Positions 1 through 9,158 of a stretch of 64,000 nt of DNA are shown piece by piece. Made by a program: the position numbers and the translations under genes. The stretch is from Oscillospiraceae bacterium (GTDB lineage Bacteria > Bacillota > Clostridia > Oscillospirales > CAG-272), in the NCBI GenBank assembly GCA_015065335.1, contig SVQM01000001.1, forward strand, positions 4-64,003, in the 5' to 3' direction. Within the stretch, counting starts at the first letter, position 1; each line of letters starts with the position of its first letter. The notes below the pieces were generated by a model. The model was not told the origin of the DNA and made no database searches. It saw only the letters and a program-made list of their open reading frames with translations.

Positions 1-2
1 AT

Positions 3-38
3 GCGAGAACCCCCTTTTTGATAAAAGGGGGTTCTCGC
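3..38. repeat. Long perfect hairpin, copy 1 of a local hairpin family
   Basis: GCGAGAACCCCCTTTT-tgat-AAAAGGGGGTTCTCGC (16-bp stem) read directly. The 12-mer AAAAACTTTTAA follows at 49-60, as it does at 1309-1320. Confidence 0.6.
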
Positions 39-80
39 GCTCTCCCCCAAAAACTTTTAAATAAAAGACAAGATAAAGAA

Positions 81-120
81 AGCCTAAACCGTCAGACTAA
101 TAGTTTAGGCTCTTTTTATT
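81..120 (+). terminator. Intrinsic terminator for a gene upstream of the window
   Basis: AGCCTAAAC-N13-GTTTAGGCT stem followed by CTTTTTATT. Confidence 0.6.
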
Positions 121-154
121 ATTATTTCTATTTTTAAGCTTTTTGGGAAGGGGT

Positions 155-192
155 GCGGGGAAACCCTTTTTCTCGAAAAAGGGTTTCCCCGC
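155..192. repeat. Long perfect hairpin just downstream of the metA stop, copy 2 of the family
   Basis: GCGGGGAAACCCTTTTT-ctcg-AAAAAGGGTTTCCCCGC. No trailing T-run on either strand, so it is not a canonical terminator. Confidence 0.6.
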
Positions 193-204
193 ATAATAAA
201 ATAC

Positions 205-1152
205 TTATTCATTCGTAGCTGTTCTCTTTGTAGGGTCACTGATGTGGGTGATATCGAAGGGTGTAGTCTGGTAGACGAAATAGTTCAGCCAGTTTGAGAA
301 CAGCAGATTTGCTGAAGAACGCCAGGATACAATAGGATCCTTTGTGTCGTCGTCATTGGGGTAATAATTCTTCGGTACTTCGATGGGGAGTCCTGCGTTC
401 TTGTCACGGAGATATTCCGATTCAAGAGTACGTGCATCGTATTCGGAGTGTCCCGTGATAAAGATGTGCTTACCGTGATCTGCGATGATGGCGTAAACAC
501 CTGCCTCCTCGGAGGATGCAAGGATCTTAAGCTCGGGCACCGCCTCAATATCCTCACGGCGACAGTAGGTGTGTCGTGAATGAGGTACCATGAAGGTGTC
601 GTCAAATCCTCGGAAAAGGATAGAACGCTTGTAGTCCACTGTATGGGGGAATACGCCGAACATCTTCTTCTCAAGGGGATATTTCTTCACGCCGTAGTGG
701 TAGTAAAGTCCTGCCTGAGCACCCCAGCAGATGTGAAAGGTGCTTGTCACGTGAGTCTTCGACCACTCCATGATCTTGCAAAGCTCATCCCAGTACGTGA
801 CCTCCTCGAACTCCATCTTCTCAACGGGCGCACCCGTGATGATGAGACCGTCAAATGAGCGGTCCTTGATGTCGTCAAAGGTCTTGTAGAAAGCGAGCAT
901 ATGCTCCTCAGAGGTGTTCTTGGCTTTGTGGGTGTCTGTCTTAATAAGCTCCATCTCAACCTGAAGAGGAGTGTTACCGAGAAGACGTGCAAGCTGAGTC
1001 TCAGTTACTATCTTCGTTGGCATGAGATTGAGGATAGCTATTTGCAGAGGACGAATGTCCTGCGTTACCGCACGGTCTTCGGGTATTACGAATATGTTTT
1101 CTTCCCTGAGAGTTTTTGTTGCGGGAAGCTCATTTGGTATACGGATCGGCAT
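205..1152 (-). CDS. metA: Homoserine O-acyltransferase (MetA family)
   Basis: 315-aa ORF. The N-terminus [21 protein letters not shown] and overall length are typical of MetA. RBS AAAGGAGGG lies upstream of the ATG. Confidence 0.9.
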   Translation of the reverse strand: MPIRIPNELPATKTLREENIFVIPEDRAVTQDIRPLQIAILNLMPTKIVTETQLARLLGNTPLQVEMELIKTDTHKAKNTSEEHMLAFYKTFDDIKDRSFDGLIITGAPVEKMEFEEVTYWDELCKIMEWSKTHVTSTFHICWGAQAGLYYHYGVKKYPLEKKMFGVFPHTVDYKRSILFRGFDDTFMVPHSRHTYCRREDIEAVPELKILASSEEAGVYAIIADHGKHIFITGHSEYDARTLESEYLRDKNAGLPIEVPKNYYPNDDDTKDPIVSWRSSANLLFSNWLNYFVYQTTPFDITHISDPTKRTATNE

Positions 1153-1270
1153 TTCAGCCCTCCTTTTGGGGAATGGGATGTGTGCGAAGGCTTAGGTTAA
1201 CCTTTATATGTTCCCTTTTTCAAATTTTTTGGAGAGGACGACCTTCAGGTCGACAAGCGAAGCGATGAGT

Positions 1271-1308
1271 GCGAGGGAGTACCTTTTTTCAAAAAGGTGC
1301 TTCCTCGC
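1271..1308. repeat. Hairpin, copy 3 of the family, in the metY-metA spacer
   Basis: GCGAGGGAGTACCTTTTT-tcaa-AAAAGGTGCTTCCTCGC (imperfect stem) followed by AAAAACTTTTAA. Confidence 0.5.
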
Positions 1309-1321
1309 AAAAACTTTTAAT

Positions 1322-2587
1322 TCACGCTTCCAGTGCCTGCTTCAGGTCAGCGATAATATCGTCGATGTGCTCGATACCGACGCTGAGTCTTACAGCCTCT
1401 GGCTTAACGCCTGCGCCTTCAAGCTGCTCATCGGTGAGCTGACGGTGAGTGGTGCTTGCAGGATGGAGCACGCAGGTTCTTGCATCGGCAACGTGAACAA
1501 CGATCGCCGCCATTTTCAGTGAATCCATGAACTTCATCGCAGCAGTGCGTCCGCCCTTAACTCCGAAGGAGATAACGCCGGAACATCCATCGGGGAGATA
1601 CTTCTGTGCAAGCTCATATTCGGAATCACCCTCAAGTCCGGGATAGCTTACCCAGGACACAGCAGGATGATCCTTCAGCATCTTTGCAACTGCAAGAGCA
1701 TTTGCAGAGTGACGCTCCATACGGAGGTGAACGGTCTCCATACCGAGATTTGTGAGGAATGCGTTCATGGGAGCAGGGGTTGCACCCATGTCACGGAGAA
1801 GCTGTACTCTTGCCTTGGTGATGTACGCCGCCTCACCAAAATCCTTGGTGTATACTACACCGTGATAGCTCTCATCAGGCTCGGTCAGCTCGGGGAACTT
1901 GCCTGCGGCAGCCCAGTCAAACTTACCGCTGTCAACGATAGCACCGCCAACTGCAATAGCATGACCGTCAAGATACTTCGTGGTAGAGTGAACAACGATG
2001 TCTGCACCAAACTCAAAGGGACGGCACAGAATGGGGGTAGCAAAGGTGTTGTCAACGATAAGGGGAATGTTATGCTTGTGAGCGAGAGCTGCAAAACGCT
2101 CGAAATCAAGCACCTTCAGTGCAGGATTCGCAATAGTCTCACCGAATACGAGGCGGGTCCTGTCGTCGATCTTTGCTTCGATCTCCTCATCTGTCATAGA
2201 AGGAGACACAAAACGAACCTCAACGCCCATTTTCTTAAGAGTAACTGCAAAGAGGTTAACAGTACCGCCGTAGATCTCGGAAAGGCTGATAAAGTTATCA
2301 CCGGCAGATGCGATGTTCAGAATGGAGATCATGCTTGCCGCCTGACCGGATGATGTGAACATTGCACCAACACCCCCCTCCATTGCCGCAAGCTTATCCT
2401 CAGCCGCTGCAAATGTGGGGTTGGAGATACGGGTGTACATATGACCGGGAGCTTTAAGATCGAAGAGATCACCGAGATGCTCGGATGAGTCGTACTTGTA
2501 TGTAGTGCTCTGGTAAATAGGCAGGACACGGGGCTGTCCGTTCTCGGCCTTGTAGCCCTCCTGCAGACATTTTGTATTGATATGCAT
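1322..2587 (-). CDS. metY: O-acetylhomoserine sulfhydrylase / aminocarboxypropyltransferase (PLP-dependent)
   Basis: Cys/Met-metabolism PLP fold with ISNPT and the STTKYLDGH lysine motif. Start moved to MHINTK (2587) because GGAGGAATATATA-ATG precedes it; the track ORF carries a 10-codon extension. Confidence 0.85.
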   Translation of the reverse strand: MHINTKCLQEGYKAENGQPRVLPIYQSTTYKYDSSEHLGDLFDLKAPGHMYTRISNPTFAAAEDKLAAMEGGVGAMFTSSGQAASMISILNIASAGDNFISLSEIYGGTVNLFAVTLKKMGVEVRFVSPSMTDEEIEAKIDDRTRLVFGETIANPALKVLDFERFAALAHKHNIPLIVDNTFATPILCRPFEFGADIVVHSTTKYLDGHAIAVGGAIVDSGKFDWAAAGKFPELTEPDESYHGVVYTKDFGEAAYITKARVQLLRDMGATPAPMNAFLTNLGMETVHLRMERHSANALAVAKMLKDHPAVSWVSYPGLEGDSEYELAQKYLPDGCSGVISFGVKGGRTAAMKFMDSLKMAAIVVHVADARTCVLHPASTTHRQLTDEQLEGAGVKPEAVRLSVGIEHIDDIIADLKQALEA

Positions 2588-2745
2588 TATATATTCCTCC
2601 GGATAGTTAAAGATCACATATAATTATTTTATCACATATCTTTAAGGATTGCAACAAATAAATCGCACAACTGTACTTGATACATAAGAATATTTATGAT
2701 AAAATTACATAAAGGAATGCTTTTCAGAGAAAGGTTGGCGGTATA

Positions 2746-3729
2746 ATGGCAAAAACATACGGACAAAGTCAGAAAACTCTCCTTATTGAGCAGATACTAA
2801 CGGAACGTACCGACGAGGATCACAAGCTTTCGGCAGAGGAGATCGGACGTATACTTGAGGAAGAATATGAAGGTCTCGGTGCAGAGAGAAAAGCGATTTA
2901 TCGCTATATAGATGCCTTGAAGGATGCTGATATCGATGTGTGCCATGAATCGGACGGGTATTTTATTGCAAGCCGTACATTTGAGCTTCCGGAGCTGAAG
3001 CTTCTCGTTGACGCCGTACAATCGTCAAAATTCATAACGGAGAAAAAGTCTGCTGAGCTTATAAAAAAGCTCGGAACTCTTGCAAGCACACATCAGGCGA
3101 AGCAGCTCAGACGACATGTATATGCTTTCGGTCGTATAAAATCCATGAATGAGAGTATTTACCGTATTATTGACAGGATCCATACGGCGCTTCTTGAAAA
3201 CAGACAGATCACGTTCCTTTATTTTGACTGGAATGAGAAGAAGGAGAAGATATACAGACATGACGGGGTGGAATATGCGGTAGATCCGCTTCTGTTGTGC
3301 TGGGATGACGAAAAGTATTATCTAATAGCAAGAGATGTGCGATCAGATAGGATAAAGCATTACCGTGTAGATAAAATGGAGAAGATATGTGTTACGGATG
3401 CAGTTGCAACATCACCGAAGCTCACCGCCGATGAGATCGCCGGATATAATGACCGTCACTTCGGAATGTTTGGCGGAGATGTTGTCAAGGTAGTTCTCCG
3501 TTGCAGAAATGAGCTTGCGGGAGTGATCGTCGACCGATTCGGTAAAGATATTCCGTTCCGTCCAACCTCCGACGGATATTTCACAGTTACGGTGAAGGTG
3601 GCGGAAAGTGTTCATTTCTTCACATGGATACTGAATTTCGGCGGTGGTGTATCAATAGCATCCCCCGAAAGCACCAAGGAGCGATTCAAGACCTTTGTTG
3701 CGGATACAAATAAATGGGTGAACGAATAA
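2746..3729 (+). CDS. HTH-WYL domain transcriptional regulator (YafY/BrxR/CapW-like architecture)
   Basis: N-terminal wHTH (LSAEEIGRILEEEY..IYRYIDAL), a central WYL-type core (ITFLYFDW...YYLIARD...IKHYRVDKM) and a C-terminal extension. Confidence 0.8.
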   Translation: MAKTYGQSQKTLLIEQILTERTDEDHKLSAEEIGRILEEEYEGLGAERKAIYRYIDALKDADIDVCHESDGYFIASRTFELPELKLLVDAVQSSKFITEKKSAELIKKLGTLASTHQAKQLRRHVYAFGRIKSMNESIYRIIDRIHTALLENRQITFLYFDWNEKKEKIYRHDGVEYAVDPLLLCWDDEKYYLIARDVRSDRIKHYRVDKMEKICVTDAVATSPKLTADEIAGYNDRHFGMFGGDVVKVVLRCRNELAGVIVDRFGKDIPFRPTSDGYFTVTVKVAESVHFFTWILNFGGGVSIASPESTKERFKTFVADTNKWVNE

Positions 3730-3732
3730 AAT

Positions 3733-3772
3733 ATCCTGTACAGTTCAATGAACTGTACAGGATATTTTTTTG
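3733..3772. terminator. Bidirectional intrinsic terminator
   Basis: 13-bp perfect stem ATCCTGTACAGTT-caatg-AACTGTACAGGAT followed by a T-run. It sits between convergent genes. Confidence 0.75.
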
Positions 3773-3776
3773 TATC

Positions 3777-5924
3777 TTATTTTTCGTTTACGGCAGCTTC
3801 TATCTTTGTACCAAGCTCACGACGTATATCTTCAAGAACATATGCATCCTTTTCGAATGTTACCATATCTGTTGTGATCTTGTGATTGTACTCATCGGCA
3901 ACATCTTTTCCGAAGAGCTCCTCTGCAAGCACGAGATATTCTACATCCTCCATACCGTCACGCATGATCTCCGTGCGCAGGCAGGCGATGGGGCCGTCGA
4001 TCTTGTATATTCCGCCGTTGTATACGTAAAGTCCTGCACCTGCGGAGAGGGGACGCTGAGTCTGAGGTCTGTTTGAAACGCCCTGCCACTCGTTGGTAGC
4101 CCAGCACAGAACGCCTTCAATATCCTCATCATACTGCTGCCAGTAAGCGGTACGGTGAACCATTCCGCTGTGAGGAAGTGCGGTATTGTCGTCACCTGCA
4201 TAGTACCACCAGATCTCCTTGCCTGCTTCTCTTGACGCCTCAAGTCTTTCTCTGAGAGTACCGAAGGTGTCGGTTGCCTTCTGAGTGTACCAGATCTGAC
4301 CGTCAAATGTCATATCGGGTGTGGTAAACAGGCGAACGCTGGGGCAAAGAACGGTAGTGAATTTATCAACGATACCGTAGGTGTCCATATCAGCGTATGC
4401 GGGGTACTTGCCCTCGTTGTCAAAGCCTGTGTTTACGTCACTGAGGTCACCGGTTGCGAAATAGTTGACGTGGGTAGGAACGAGAACTCTTGCACCGGGG
4501 AAGTTGGCGTCAAGGAATCCCTTGGTGCTCTCAACGGCGTTCAGCTGATCGCCGAATCTGGGCTCATCGTTCATATAGAACAGTGCCTTAGATGCCCAGT
4601 CCTCGTTATCCTTGATCTTGTCGTACGCCGCAGAAACATATTCTGCACCTTCAGCATCAAGTCTTCCTTCGTTTCCGTATCTGTCACCTGCATATCCTCC
4701 ATATACAAGGAATGTGGTAACTCTGGGATCAGACATATACTTGTCTGCTCTCTCATCGGTAGGGTCAAAGGGCATACACCAGGGAGTGATCCTGTTTTCA
4801 AGGAAATACTCGTAGTATCTCTCGTAAAGCTGTCCCTCATGTTCCTCTGTTAACTTGTTGTGAGAAGTATAAATAGCATATGCGCTCATTCCGTAAGCAG
4901 TCTTGATGGACGGCTCTTCGGGAATCTCAAAATTCCACACGTAGGTGTAAACGTATCCGCGTTTTATAGTCTGACCTGACTCGTTCTTCACGTCAACACG
5001 TGCACGGTACATTCCGGGAACGGTATCAAAATCGGTCTTTACCTTGAGGAAGAGTCCTTGAGTCTCGGACGCCTTGATCTCAAAGCCGTTCTTTACCTCA
5101 ATGGGAGGAAGCCTATCGGGATACTTATCACCTGTATCCACCTCAAAGTAATCCTCAAAGAAAAGCTCGGTGGGGAGTGTATTACCTGCCTTATCCTTGA
5201 ACTGAGTTACAGATGCACTGAGTCCCTTGTGACCTGTGGACGATGTGAGATTTACATGACATCCCTCATACTCATTCTTCGCCATGTACATATCGAATGC
5301 GTGCTTATCATTGGGTACAGCATCAGTCTTGTATTCCTTGATGGCACTGTGATTGAACCAGAGCTTGAGAGTACTGTCCTCAGCAGGTGCATCCACCTTT
5401 GAGAGATCGTATTTCCATGACACGAAACCGCACTCAACATCCCATTTTGCGATGTACTGAAGAATACGTGATGCATCTGCAAGATTTACCTTGTCGTCGA
5501 CAGTAACATCTGCTGCATTGAGATTCATAGAGACATTCCACTTTGCGATATGCTTGAGCATTGAAGCAACATCTGTAAGATTTATCTTAGTGTCGCAGTT
5601 AACATCACCGTAAATGACGATCTTTCGTGAATCCTCACCGAAGCAGATGGTGTAATCTGTTCCTATGAGCGCAGTACCTTCTATCGGTTCGCCTTTTGCA
5701 TTTTTCAGAGTATGACCGTCAGCGAATTCACTGAGAAGATCTGCAGCAGTAGTACCCTGAGCCATTCCCTTATAGAAGCCCTTAGCTTCGTCGTATACGG
5801 AAATCACGTTATCCTTTTGAGTAAAAGGTGCGGGATCTTGTGACATTGCAGTGTTTGCAAATGTCATTGTACCTGTTACTGCGGCTGTGGCAAGAACGGT
5901 AGAGAGGAGTTTTTTTATTTTCAT
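3777..5924 (-). CDS. Secreted dockerin-containing protein with a DUF4091-like (GH123-like) C-terminal domain
   Basis: Signal peptide MKIKKLLSTVLATAAVTGTMTFANTA. Dockerin duplicate GDVNCDTKINLTDVASMLKHIAKWNV / VTVDDKVNLADASRILQYIAKWDV. The C-terminal WWYYAG...RTAYWQQY...GVLCWATNEW pattern is recalled from DUF4091. Confidence 0.65.
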   Translation of the reverse strand: MKIKKLLSTVLATAAVTGTMTFANTAMSQDPAPFTQKDNVISVYDEAKGFYKGMAQGTTAADLLSEFADGHTLKNAKGEPIEGTALIGTDYTICFGEDSRKIVIYGDVNCDTKINLTDVASMLKHIAKWNVSMNLNAADVTVDDKVNLADASRILQYIAKWDVECGFVSWKYDLSKVDAPAEDSTLKLWFNHSAIKEYKTDAVPNDKHAFDMYMAKNEYEGCHVNLTSSTGHKGLSASVTQFKDKAGNTLPTELFFEDYFEVDTGDKYPDRLPPIEVKNGFEIKASETQGLFLKVKTDFDTVPGMYRARVDVKNESGQTIKRGYVYTYVWNFEIPEEPSIKTAYGMSAYAIYTSHNKLTEEHEGQLYERYYEYFLENRITPWCMPFDPTDERADKYMSDPRVTTFLVYGGYAGDRYGNEGRLDAEGAEYVSAAYDKIKDNEDWASKALFYMNDEPRFGDQLNAVESTKGFLDANFPGARVLVPTHVNYFATGDLSDVNTGFDNEGKYPAYADMDTYGIVDKFTTVLCPSVRLFTTPDMTFDGQIWYTQKATDTFGTLRERLEASREAGKEIWWYYAGDDNTALPHSGMVHRTAYWQQYDEDIEGVLCWATNEWQGVSNRPQTQRPLSAGAGLYVYNGGIYKIDGPIACLRTEIMRDGMEDVEYLVLAEELFGKDVADEYNHKITTDMVTFEKDAYVLEDIRRELGTKIEAAVNEK

Positions 5925-5949
5925 GATTGACTCTCCTTTAAATTGTATT

Positions 5950-7065
5950 TTATTTAATCATGTGCGGATTACTTGTGTTACTGTCGTCGGAGTCATGCTT
6001 GTTGAGCAGTGAAGCCAAACTGAGAAGCTCCTTGCGGGATGAGACACCGAGCTTTGAATATATGTTTTTATTGTGGTATTTCAGGGTATTTTCTTTGATA
6101 CCAAGCTTTGCAAGGATATCCTTTGATGATCTTCCGTCAGCATATAGCTCGAATACCGTATGCTCGGTAGGAGTAAGAGTTTTGAGATTTTCGGTAAATT
6201 CAAAATAGCGTTGCTTATCATCATGTGTCGTATCGACTTCGTTCGGTTCGATTACAGTGAGGGTATTGTTTGTACAAGATTCGTTATCATTGACCGTGCT
6301 GCACGAGAGCATGCTTTTTTCGGCATATTTTATTACAACATAGATACCAATGAGGAAAAGCTCACTCATTATGTAAGAGATGGAGAGCATTTCAAAACGG
6401 ATATCTACAAGCTGTTCAAGAAGCCAGACGCATATGTTTACAAAAACTGCACTGAGGATAACCCACGCATGGATAGTAGCGGTGAGACGTTTTTTTGCAA
6501 GTGCAACCAAAACCACACCTATCATTGAACCAAAATACGATATCAAATAATAAAGATACAGAGAATGCCACGGTCCGTATTCTTTCACGAGGAAAGAAGC
6601 ACCGTTTTCCTGTATTAGATAAACGTCTTTATAGTAGATATCAAGTATTCCCGGACTTGCCGCAATGAGGAATACGGCAATGCTTATGACGGAAAGCACA
6701 GCGATCAGCCATTTTTTTGCAGGGTATTTACATACGTGGAGTATTACGAAAAACATCGACAGAGGCAAGAAAACAGAGCCGAGATACGAAATACGGTTTG
6801 CCCATAGTGCCATCTGCAGAGTTGTTGAAACAGACAGGATGAAATATCCGGTATTTACAACAAGAACTGACGAGAACAGTACGATGAACCATGGCTCAGT
6901 GTTCCTGAGTGTACGTATACATCCAATAAGTAAAAAAAGGCTGCATATGGTAACGATCGCATAGACTGAAGACAGATCAAAAACACTGTTTTTTTGGGGA
7001 ACACAGGATGTGACAAAAAACAGAGCCGATGAAAGTATTGAAACAAGGGATAATCTTTTACTCAT
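5950..7065 (-). CDS. Membrane-embedded (about 7-8 TM) LuxR-type one-component regulator
   Basis: Start reset to MSKRLSLVS (AGGAGGAGCCGATCT-ATG). The hydrophobic N-terminal 300 aa carry multiple TM helices. C-terminal GerE/LuxR HTH: LTPTEHTVFELYADGRSSKDILAKLGIKENTLKYHNKNIYSKLGVSSRKELL. Confidence 0.75.
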   Translation of the reverse strand: MSKRLSLVSILSSALFFVTSCVPQKNSVFDLSSVYAIVTICSLFLLIGCIRTLRNTEPWFIVLFSSVLVVNTGYFILSVSTTLQMALWANRISYLGSVFLPLSMFFVILHVCKYPAKKWLIAVLSVISIAVFLIAASPGILDIYYKDVYLIQENGASFLVKEYGPWHSLYLYYLISYFGSMIGVVLVALAKKRLTATIHAWVILSAVFVNICVWLLEQLVDIRFEMLSISYIMSELFLIGIYVVIKYAEKSMLSCSTVNDNESCTNNTLTVIEPNEVDTTHDDKQRYFEFTENLKTLTPTEHTVFELYADGRSSKDILAKLGIKENTLKYHNKNIYSKLGVSSRKELLSLASLLNKHDSDDSNTSNPHMIK

Positions 7066-7107
7066 AGATCGGCTCCTCCTTTTGTTGAAATACAGTGAAA
7101 GCACATA

Positions 7108-7158
7108 GTGGGATTTTCCACCATGTTTCCCACCCGAAATAATGCAATATTGGGTGGC
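7108..7158 (-). promoter_or_regulatory. Leader element with CCACCC/GGGTGG and GTGGGA/TCCCAC overlapping inverted repeats, containing TTCGGGTGGGAAA
   Basis: Minus strand reads GCCACCCAATATTGCATTATTTCGGGTGGGAAACATGGTGGAAAATCCCAC. It lies between the predicted promoter and the LuxR start, and the 13-mer is identical to 35301-35313. Confidence 0.45.
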
Positions 7159-7183
7159 ATTTTTTAAATATAAATGTGAATAA

Positions 7184-7212
7184 ATTATAACATAAGTCTT
7201 GGGAAAGGTCAA
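7184..7212 (-). promoter_or_regulatory. Sigma-70-type promoter for the LuxR/DUF4091 operon
   Basis: Minus strand TTGACC-17 nt-TATAAT. Implies a leader of about 110 nt. Confidence 0.5.
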
Positions 7213-7347
7213 TAGCAGATGGGGCAAAACTAAAAAAAGACCGATTGAAGAGGATTCCCATCTTTGCGAAAATGTTGACACATGGGCATTGATGTGATAC
7301 CATATATTACAGTATAATTTAAAATAAAGAAGTACAAGGTATGAAAA

Positions 7348-8103
7348 ATGGGAAGGTTTAAATGCGGACTTTGTTCTGTTTCGTTTCGCAGAAATACCCC
7401 TGTTGAGATAATAAGATCTGCTGCTGCGGCAGGACTTGAATATATAGAATGGGGAAGTGATGTGCACGCTCCTCATACGGATATGTGCCGATTGAGAGAG
7501 ATCTCAGAGATGCAGAAGGAATACGGTATCGCTGCATCCTCATACGGAACATATTTCCGTATAGGACAGACGGAAATGAGCGAGCTTTACGGATATATCG
7601 AAGGTGCGAGGCTCCTCGGAACCGATCTTATCAGAGTTTGGTGCGGAGTGAAGGGATCGGATGCTATTGGATCAGGTGAGAAAAAGGAACTCTTTGATAA
7701 ATGCAGAGAGGCAGCAAGAATAGCGGAGACTGAAGGTGTGACGCTGGCTATGGAATGTCATATGTGGACCTTTACTGATACTGCGGAAACTATAACAGAG
7801 CTTATGGATGAGATACGCAGTGAAAATTTCCGTATGTATTGGCAACCGAATCAGTACCGTACAAAAGAGGATAACATACGTCATATAAAAATGGCCGGGG
7901 ATCATGTCACCGCTGTTCATGTATTCAACTGGTCGGGTGATAAGAGATATCCTCTTGCAGATGCAAAAAAAGAGTGGTGTGAATACCTCTCCTGTCTTGA
8001 AGGAGAGCACACGGTGCTTCTTGAATTTATGCCGAACGATGATATAAGTGAGCTTATATCAGAGGCGGCCGCACTCAGAGATATTACAGAAAGTGTAAAA
8101 TGA
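7348..8103 (+). CDS. Sugar phosphate isomerase/epimerase (xylose-isomerase-like TIM barrel)
   Basis: 251-aa ORF. The pattern ...AGLEYIEWGSDVHAP...IRVWCG...LAMECHMWTF...YWQPNQ is typical of AP-endonuclease-2/TIM-barrel proteins. Confidence 0.65.
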   Translation: MGRFKCGLCSVSFRRNTPVEIIRSAAAAGLEYIEWGSDVHAPHTDMCRLREISEMQKEYGIAASSYGTYFRIGQTEMSELYGYIEGARLLGTDLIRVWCGVKGSDAIGSGEKKELFDKCREAARIAETEGVTLAMECHMWTFTDTAETITELMDEIRSENFRMYWQPNQYRTKEDNIRHIKMAGDHVTAVHVFNWSGDKRYPLADAKKEWCEYLSCLEGEHTVLLEFMPNDDISELISEAAALRDITESVK

Positions 8104-8115
8104 AGGGGTTGCTAT

Positions 8116-9117
8116 ATGAAAACCGTATTTTTGTGTGAAGGAGAATCTTCATTCAGATGGGTATATTCCACTGATACCATCAAAAGGGTAAGAAATATCA
8201 CTGATGCAGAGGATAAGGTTTACACAAAAGCCGATGTTATGGCGGAACCGCAGCTTTTTTCTGACACAGAGTATATCTTCAGTACATGGGGAATGCCTGT
8301 TTTTACTACAGATGAGATAAAAGCTGTTTTCCCCGCACTAAAATGTGTATTTTACGGAGCAGGCTCAGTACAGGGCTTTGCCGTACCGTTTCTTGAATGC
8401 GGTGTGAAGGTATTCAGTGCCTGGGCAGCAAACGGTGTACCGGTAGCCGAATTTACGGTAGCGCAAATAATCCTTGCAAATAAAGGATTTTTTGCAGCAT
8501 CAAGGCATATGAGTGTTGGAGATGTAAGTGATGCATGCAGCACTGCAGCCAAATACCCCGGTAACTTCGGCGGGAAAGTCGGGATCATCGGTGTCGGGAT
8601 GATCGGTAAGATGGTCATACGTATGCTTCGGGAATATCGGCTTAAGTGTGTGGTGTATGACAAATTTTTGCCAGAAGACGGTGCGGCAGAACTCGGCGTT
8701 TCCAAATGTTCTCTTGAGGAGTTGTTTGCCGAATGTGATGTTGTGTCGAATCATCTTGCGAACAATCCTCAGACAAAGGGAGTCCTCACAGGTGAGCTTT
8801 TTGCGAAAATGAAACCGTATGCTACATTTATCAATACAGGCAGAGGAGCGCAGGTAGTGGAGGATGAGCTCTGCGATGTTTTGAGGGATCGCCCCGATAT
8901 TACGGTGCTTCTTGATGTTACCGATCCTGAGCCTCCTGTGAAGGATAGTCCTTTTTATGCCTTGTCCAACTGTATACTGACACCTCATATTGCAGGAAGC
9001 AAAGGAAATGAGGTCCACCGCATGTCTGAATATATGATAGATGAATTCTGCAGATACATCTCAGGTGAGCCTTGCCTTTATGAGGTAACTCTGAAAATGC
9101 TTGAAACTATGGCGTAA
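8116..9117 (+). CDS. D-isomer-specific 2-hydroxyacid dehydrogenase (NAD-binding)
   Basis: GxGxxG motif GIIGVGMIGKMV, a NTGRG motif and the catalytic-His motif LTPHIAGS. Confidence 0.8.
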   Translation: MKTVFLCEGESSFRWVYSTDTIKRVRNITDAEDKVYTKADVMAEPQLFSDTEYIFSTWGMPVFTTDEIKAVFPALKCVFYGAGSVQGFAVPFLECGVKVFSAWAANGVPVAEFTVAQIILANKGFFAASRHMSVGDVSDACSTAAKYPGNFGGKVGIIGVGMIGKMVIRMLREYRLKCVVYDKFLPEDGAAELGVSKCSLEELFAECDVVSNHLANNPQTKGVLTGELFAKMKPYATFINTGRGAQVVEDELCDVLRDRPDITVLLDVTDPEPPVKDSPFYALSNCILTPHIAGSKGNEVHRMSEYMIDEFCRYISGEPCLYEVTLKMLETMA

Positions 9118-9120
9118 AAA

Positions 9121-9157
9121 ACAGACCTTGATGAAGTACATCAAGGTCTGTTTTTGT
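9121..9157. terminator. Bidirectional intrinsic terminator
   Basis: ACAGACCTTGATG-aagta-CATCAAGGTCTGT flanked by A-run and T-run, between convergent genes. Confidence 0.75.
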
Positions 9158-9158
9158 A

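Noticed and set aside
1153-2745. A SAM riboswitch or T-box leader upstream of metA or metY.
   Set aside because: Neither the S-box conserved core nor the T-box GGTGGTACCGCG sequence is present in the 169-nt and 158-nt upstream regions. Only simple hairpins are seen.
7066-7476. The 5' extension of the LuxR ORF (track ORF 5950..7476, 508 aa).
   Set aside because: The extra 137 codons overlap the promoter/leader and the start of the divergent 7348 gene, and have no RBS. A strong AGGAGG RBS precedes the internal MSKRL start.
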